From a virus (lineage: Duplodnaviria; Caudoviricetes): DNA of 37,504 nt. Below the pieces are notes generated by a model that worked only from the letters and a program-made list of their open reading frames with translations, was not told the origin of the DNA and did not search any database. Location: positions 1 to 37,504 of IMG/VR virus record IMGVR_UViG_3300031953_000065; one strand, given 5' to 3'. A program made the translations under genes and the position numbers. Positions within the stretch are counted from its first letter, which is position 1. Each line of letters begins with the position of its first letter. Positions 33,447 to 37,504 of this stretch are shown here, piece by piece.

Positions 33447-34528
33447 AGGGTTTGGGTGTATTGTTTCGGCATTTCAATTTGAGCGGCCAGTTCTTCAAAG
33501 GCGTATTTGTTCCCGGTCTTGTAATTTCCCGAAGGGGTGTCAACCGTTATAAAATTATCGATAGCATTGAATCCCTCGCTTAACTCGTTCGTGAACAGAT
33601 AAACCGAAGGCGACGTGAACAACTCCAAAACCTGCATTTTTTCCGTTGCATCCAGTGGACCGCTCAAAAAGCTTTTCGAGGTTTCGGCATCCTTTCCCGT
33701 TATCTTGAAATTTCCCGTATTGTTGTAATTGTTTTCGTAATCGGTATTGATGACCTCGCGGGTTGCTGTCTTTAAATTATCGACGTGCAAATTCCCGAAG
33801 AGCCAATAGGACCACCCCCCGTCCTGGTTGAAATACTTTAAAAGGTGCCCGCAGTCGGCCGCCTTCTTTTTCAGGAACAACGTGAACATCAGGGCGCCGC
33901 TGGTGCATTCCAATTCGTTCACTCCCAAGTGCATCGGCAAAACTGATTCAAGCCCCGACCCGTCGGCCCCGTCGCTAATGAATATCCGGTTAACCCCTTT
34001 TGTGAGTAGTAATGAAGTATTGCCCCCGGTCCGTTTGTTGGTAACTGTCAAAGTCCTACCTGCGTCCGAATACAGGGAAACATCGAACGGGAACCCCTCG
34101 AAATAAGTAACCGAAGCCGTATCGGTCGCCCCCGGTATCAACAACTTCAATTCGCTATTGGCGTATTTTGTCCTGATAAGTTGCTTAACCGATTTCAAGA
34201 ACGGAAAATTAAGGGTCGTGGTTTCCAAGGTACCGTCCGATAGCTGCACATCAATGACCGCTTCCAAATCCAAATACAAAGAAGCATCGTTCAAGATGGT
34301 CGCTGGCAATTTCGCGTCCGTGAAATGGTCGGGGTTGATGAGTACCTGGGCTATCCGCTTCAAATTAAAGTAGAATTCGCCCGTAGCATCCGGGAACAAG
34401 TCAAAGCGGTTGCCCGATATCGTTACATTTGAAATTACAGGGGTGCCGGCATCGCTTCCGTATTTCAATACCGAATTGTTGAAAGCGTTGTAAGGTGGGT
34501 TTTGGGGTTGGTCTGTGAGTACTATCAT
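33443..34528 (-). CDS. Distal-tail-like structural protein
   Basis: LKYFNQDGGWSYWLF and ELFTSPSVYL motifs typical of the gene preceding the hub in Bacteroidota siphophages. Confidence 0.7.
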   Translation of the reverse strand: MIVLTDQPQNPPYNAFNNSVLKYGSDAGTPVISNVTISGNRFDLFPDATGEFYFNLKRIAQVLINPDHFTDAKLPATILNDASLYLDLEAVIDVQLSDGTLETTTLNFPFLKSVKQLIRTKYANSELKLLIPGATDTASVTYFEGFPFDVSLYSDAGRTLTVTNKRTGGNTSLLLTKGVNRIFISDGADGSGLESVLPMHLGVNELECTSGALMFTLFLKKKAADCGHLLKYFNQDGGWSYWLFGNLHVDNLKTATREVINTDYENNYNNTGNFKITGKDAETSKSFLSGPLDATEKMQVLELFTSPSVYLFTNELSEGFNAIDNFITVDTPSGNYKTGNKYAFEELAAQIEMPKQYTQTL

Positions 34529-34731
34529 TTTGTTTTATCTTCTTTTGTGAAACGATCCCATGTTGAAGTCGTGTTAGGTCTTTGGCGCGGCCCCTTGTAT
34601 TCAGGCACGGCCGTTCTGCTATCCTTCAGGCCCGATAAGTACCCAAAGACAATACCAGTAATAAATACCAAGGCGACGCAAAAAATAAAGCTGTAGACAT
34701 CCGTTTCAAACAAATCAATTAAAATTTCCAT
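34525..34731 (-). CDS. Small single-TM protein
   Basis: FIFCVALVFITGIVFGYL; coupled on both sides. Confidence 0.7.
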   Translation of the reverse strand: MEILIDLFETDVYSFIFCVALVFITGIVFGYLSGLKDSRTAVPEYKGPRQRPNTTSTWDRFTKEDKTK

Positions 34732-35219
34732 TAGGCTGTGTTTCTGAATATTCGTATTATTTCACTACTGAAAGTCGATATCTGAAAATAGGAAACCCGG
34801 TCAATAATTCCCTGTATCAATTGCGGGGTTATTACCTCGCTGATTAATTTCGTGCCGTCGTACTTATCGCGGCTCCATCCTTCCCTATGTATTTTCCTGG
34901 CTATCAAAAAGGCCAGTGAAGATGTGCTGATATCGTCCTTTGGTGTGATATTCTTTTCATCTATCCAAGCCTCGATCGCTTGCCGTAATGTAATCGGTCC
35001 GGTCTTCGGGCTGCTCGACGTTGGTGTCCGTCCGTGTTCCAATTGGTCCGAATAGGATAGCCCCCAAATGGAAGCGCTCAAACCTTCAACCCGTGCTTCG
35101 AGTTCTTTGGCCCAATTACCCGAAGCCCGCATGCGTTTTTCGTCGTAGTGCTTAATGAGGCTTTCGCGCAACGTGTCGAATTCTAGGGCTAGGGCGTTTT
35201 CGGACTCAGTCATTTTCAA
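34731..35219 (-). CDS. Neck/tail-completion protein (HK97 gp10-like)
   Basis: RASG...LE.GR.P...I..WI..K.I...SLAFLIARKI.REG. Confidence 0.7.
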   Translation of the reverse strand: MKMTESENALALEFDTLRESLIKHYDEKRMRASGNWAKELEARVEGLSASIWGLSYSDQLEHGRTPTSSSPKTGPITLRQAIEAWIDEKNITPKDDISTSSLAFLIARKIHREGWSRDKYDGTKLISEVITPQLIQGIIDRVSYFQISTFSSEIIRIFRNTA

Positions 35220-35583
35220 ATGGTTTTAAAGGGGTTACAGAAATATCAATATAATACTCCTCATCTTCAAAGCGTACCCATTCGCCATCCCTATCCCCTC
35301 TATTTAAATTTATAGAATAAGCTTTGCGACCACCTGGCATTTTACTGTACTGTACATTCCCGTTTGACTTAATTACATTCTTTCCTGTTAGATATTGCTG
35401 GAAATCTTTAATCATTTCCTGCTCTGAACTAGGATTATCGGTCCATGGAATAGCAATTAAATCTAAGTCCCTGTGCATTGATCCATGAATAACTAAGCAA
35501 TAGCCGTAATCTTTAGCGATTAGTTTTAACCGCTCGTAATACATGGCGTAAAGCCCGGGTCTTGCGTGAATTGGTTTTCCCAT
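35206..35583 (-). CDS. Minimal nucleotidyltransferase-like protein (Pol beta superfamily)
   Basis: VIHGSMHRDLDLIA (hGS..DhDh) and a distal YYIDISV. Confidence 0.6.
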   Translation of the reverse strand: MGKPIHARPGLYAMYYERLKLIAKDYGYCLVIHGSMHRDLDLIAIPWTDNPSSEQEMIKDFQQYLTGKNVIKSNGNVQYSKMPGGRKAYSINLNRGDRDGEWVRFEDEEYYIDISVTPLKPFEND

Positions 35584-35819
35584 TATTTAAATTTTACGTT
35601 CAACCAACTATTCACGAAAAGCCAATACACTATCAAACCGATTATAAGCGTCTTTCCCGCTACTTTGAATATCCCAAGTAGATTATCAGGAAAGACCAGC
35701 CCCAAGACCCAAGCTGTTAAGATGTACAATAACCAGGCGCTTAACCATAGCAAAGCGGCGAAGGCTAAAAAGGCTACATTTTTTAAGATTTCTTTTTTTG
35801 TTCTTACGTTGATTTTCAT
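35583..35819 (-). CDS. Small 2-TM membrane protein
   Basis: Two hydrophobic segments; coupled on both sides. Confidence 0.7.
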   Translation of the reverse strand: MKINVRTKKEILKNVAFLAFAALLWLSAWLLYILTAWVLGLVFPDNLLGIFKVAGKTLIIGLIVYWLFVNSWLNVKFK

Positions 35820-35965
35820 TTTTCCGTGGTGTTAATTGATTTAATTGTGGTTTCGATTATTTTAATAACCGTATTAGCGTCGTATTTTAGGCCGGCGCTT
35901 TTGTCCGCTGATTTTTCTTCGTTTATTTCTACTGAAAACCCTCGGTGCTTAATTGTGATTTTCAT
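35816..35965 (-). CDS. Hypothetical 49-aa protein MKITIKHRGFSVEINEEK...
   Basis: Hand-translated; ATGA overlap with 35583..35819. Confidence 0.65.
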   Translation of the reverse strand: MKITIKHRGFSVEINEEKSADKSAGLKYDANTVIKIIETTIKSINTTEK

Positions 35966-35980
35966 TGTTCGCTTTTTAAA

Positions 35981-36124
35981 TTAAATTTTTATAATTCTAT
36001 AACCAAAACCATCTTTACCCCGGCCGCATTGTAAAGCAAATTGCCCGTCTTTGGCTTTCCAAGTCTTCATAAATTCTAAAAGGTCGCCGCTGTTCTCAAA
36101 GTCTTTTGTATCACCTTTTTTCAT
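35981..36124 (-). CDS. Hypothetical 47-aa protein MKKGDTKDFENSGDLLEFMKTWK...
   Basis: Hand-translated; ATG abuts the stop of 36125..36547. Confidence 0.6.
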   Translation of the reverse strand: MKKGDTKDFENSGDLLEFMKTWKAKDGQFALQCGRGKDGFGYRIIKI

Positions 36125-36547
36125 TTACTCTAATTTTAAATTAAAACTAATGCTCAATCCGTCCGCGTTGAAGTCGAAGACGTTTATCACTTCTATACTT
36201 TCCCAACTTTCCACATCGTACAAACATCGAAGCTTCGCCGGGATTTCCTTCATAACGATATCGATTAAAGGCTTGACGTTCTTATCGTATTTTTCATTGT
36301 ACGTGCCGTCGAAGTCCGATTTTGTCAATATCATTACATTGCCCGAATAATAAACCCCGGCCCCGTCCTTTATGGCCCTTCGTTTAATCGGGTCCAATAC
36401 CATGAGCGTTTCGCCCGATCCATATCCCTCAACCGTGTCGGCTACAAATGCGGCGGCGTCCATCAGGTTCTGAAAGTCGCGGCGTGCCGATATAAAGCGC
36501 CAATCGTATTCCGTAGCTATCAATTCAAGTTTATCTTTTGCGTCCAT
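36125..36547 (-). CDS. Probable tail terminator/completion protein
   Basis: 140 aa, EVINVFD.NADG..I.F C-terminus; structural context. Confidence 0.55.
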   Translation of the reverse strand: MDAKDKLELIATEYDWRFISARRDFQNLMDAAAFVADTVEGYGSGETLMVLDPIKRRAIKDGAGVYYSGNVMILTKSDFDGTYNEKYDKNVKPLIDIVMKEIPAKLRCLYDVESWESIEVINVFDFNADGLSISFNLKLE

Positions 36548-36801
36548 TATTTTTCAGGTTTTATAAAAACGGTTTTTGTACAATCTAACCAAATCGGCGG
36601 CTGTGTTTGCCCGCTTAAAATTCCTATCCATAATTTACCGTGGAATAAAAATTTTAAACGTTCCCAAAAGGAAGTAGTCCAAAGCGATATGCATTGCCCG
36701 TCATTAGTTTTATGTACCCAAAGACTACCACAGTCTTTATCCGCCATTGATTTTGGTTTTTTTAATTCAATGTGAGCCTCTTCAAATTTTAATGGTTTCA
36801 T
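36547..36801 (-). CDS. Conserved small phage protein (AT-rich insert)
   Basis: MKP.KF.E...L.KP..M...CGSL.V...CISLW...FWERL..LF.GKLW..I.SG.TQPP. Confidence 0.8.
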   Translation of the reverse strand: MKPLKFEEAHIELKKPKSMADKDCGSLWVHKTNDGQCISLWTTSFWERLKFLFHGKLWIGILSGQTQPPIWLDCTKTVFIKPEK

Positions 36802-36802
36802 A

Positions 36803-37366
36803 TTATCTAGGTTTTTGAGTTTTCTTTAATTGGTTGTAATTTTCTTGCACGTCGGTTTCCACTATGTCCAAAAGCAACAAGCTGAATATAAAATTGTACT
36901 TCCAGGTTTCAATTACCTGCGGCGGCTGTCCGTATTCCTTACCCAATCGCTTAAGTATAGGCAATTCTTTAAATACTTGCAACCTATCAGCGCCGGCCAT
37001 TTCCATAAGGGGGTCAGGCTTTCCCGATAGCATTTTGACCTCCAGGGCCACCAGCTTTTCGACTTCTATTTTTATCCAGTTCAAGGCGTAGAAATAGCTG
37101 ACCACATCGGCGGCGAAGTATTGGCGTTCCTTTACCCCGAAGACTATTTTAAAGGCATCCAATATCCCGGCGTCCGTCGGTTCGTTAAAGTACTCCTTCA
37201 GGTTCGCGACCTGCCCGAATTCCAAATGGCTTAATGCTTTGGCTTCATACCCACAAAAGTTGTCCAACGGCTTCAAGAGTTCCTGAAGCTTTAGGTATTT
37301 GTTAAAGGTCTCTTCTTCCAGTTGGAAAAGTTCTTTAACGGTTATATTTTCTAGGTCTTCAATCAT
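36803..37366 (-). CDS. Probable tail assembly chaperone
   Basis: AGA.RL..F.....L...YG..P..IE.WKY..IF..L pattern; helical, acidic. Confidence 0.55.
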   Translation of the reverse strand: MIEDLENITVKELFQLEEETFNKYLKLQELLKPLDNFCGYEAKALSHLEFGQVANLKEYFNEPTDAGILDAFKIVFGVKERQYFAADVVSYFYALNWIKIEVEKLVALEVKMLSGKPDPLMEMAGADRLQVFKELPILKRLGKEYGQPPQVIETWKYNFIFSLLLLDIVETDVQENYNQLKKTQKPR

Positions 37367-37377
37367 CTATATTCCTA

Positions 37378-37504
37378 ATGCATTTAAAAATTCATGTCGT
37401 TTATCGTCTTTCCCTTTTTGATAAACTTTTTTAAATAATTCTTCTATATTCCTTATGCTACCTACTTTTATACTTCCAAAACATGATTTTTCATAAGTCG
37501 TAAA
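37378..37504. repeat. Terminal direct repeat, right copy (identical to 1-127)
   Basis: Exact sequence identity. Confidence 0.95.

Noticed and set aside
36803-37366. Programmed frameshift in the tail assembly chaperone
   Set aside because: No overlapping downstream frame or convincing slippery site noticed; the next ORF has its own ATG
37378-37504. 127-bp terminal repeat as a biological DTR
   Set aside because: Length equals a common assembly k-mer and it falls in the middle of an ORF; best explained as circular overlap

Overview
The window is an apparently complete, circularly assembled tailed-phage genome of 37,377 bp. Bases 1-127 are repeated at 37378-37504, and a 77-aa ORF reads in frame across the join. 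The host is probably a Bacteroidota (Flavobacteriia-like) bacterium, judged from TTTG-N19-TAnnTTTG promoters, A/C-rich translation starts without Shine-Dalgarno sites, and gene families. Almost all genes are on the minus strand. In transcription order: terminase, tail chaperone/completion genes, distal tail and hub, tape measure, HTH gene, an inverted plus-strand accessory cassette (25.1-27.7 kb), ClpP-type protease/scaffold, major capsid, tail tube, portal, adaptor, tail fibre, an envelope cassette (13.1-15.3 kb), lysis genes, an early recombination module (RecT-like, YqaJ-like, SSB, HNH), replication genes (initiator with internal origin-like repeats, DnaC-like loader), a moron and an initiator tRNA-Met. 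I see no integrase, CI-like repressor, tail sheath, reverse transcriptase or CRISPR array. The most interesting observations are an astacin-type lipoprotein paired with a catalytically dead zincin-like secreted protein, an attC-like hairpin before a YopX gene, a lone minimal nucleotidyltransferase in the tail operon, a candidate antisense sRNA in the lysis cassette, a ~97-aa domain inserted in the capsid protein, and paired promoter/operator motifs. All functional calls come from recognising motifs by eye; no searches were run.
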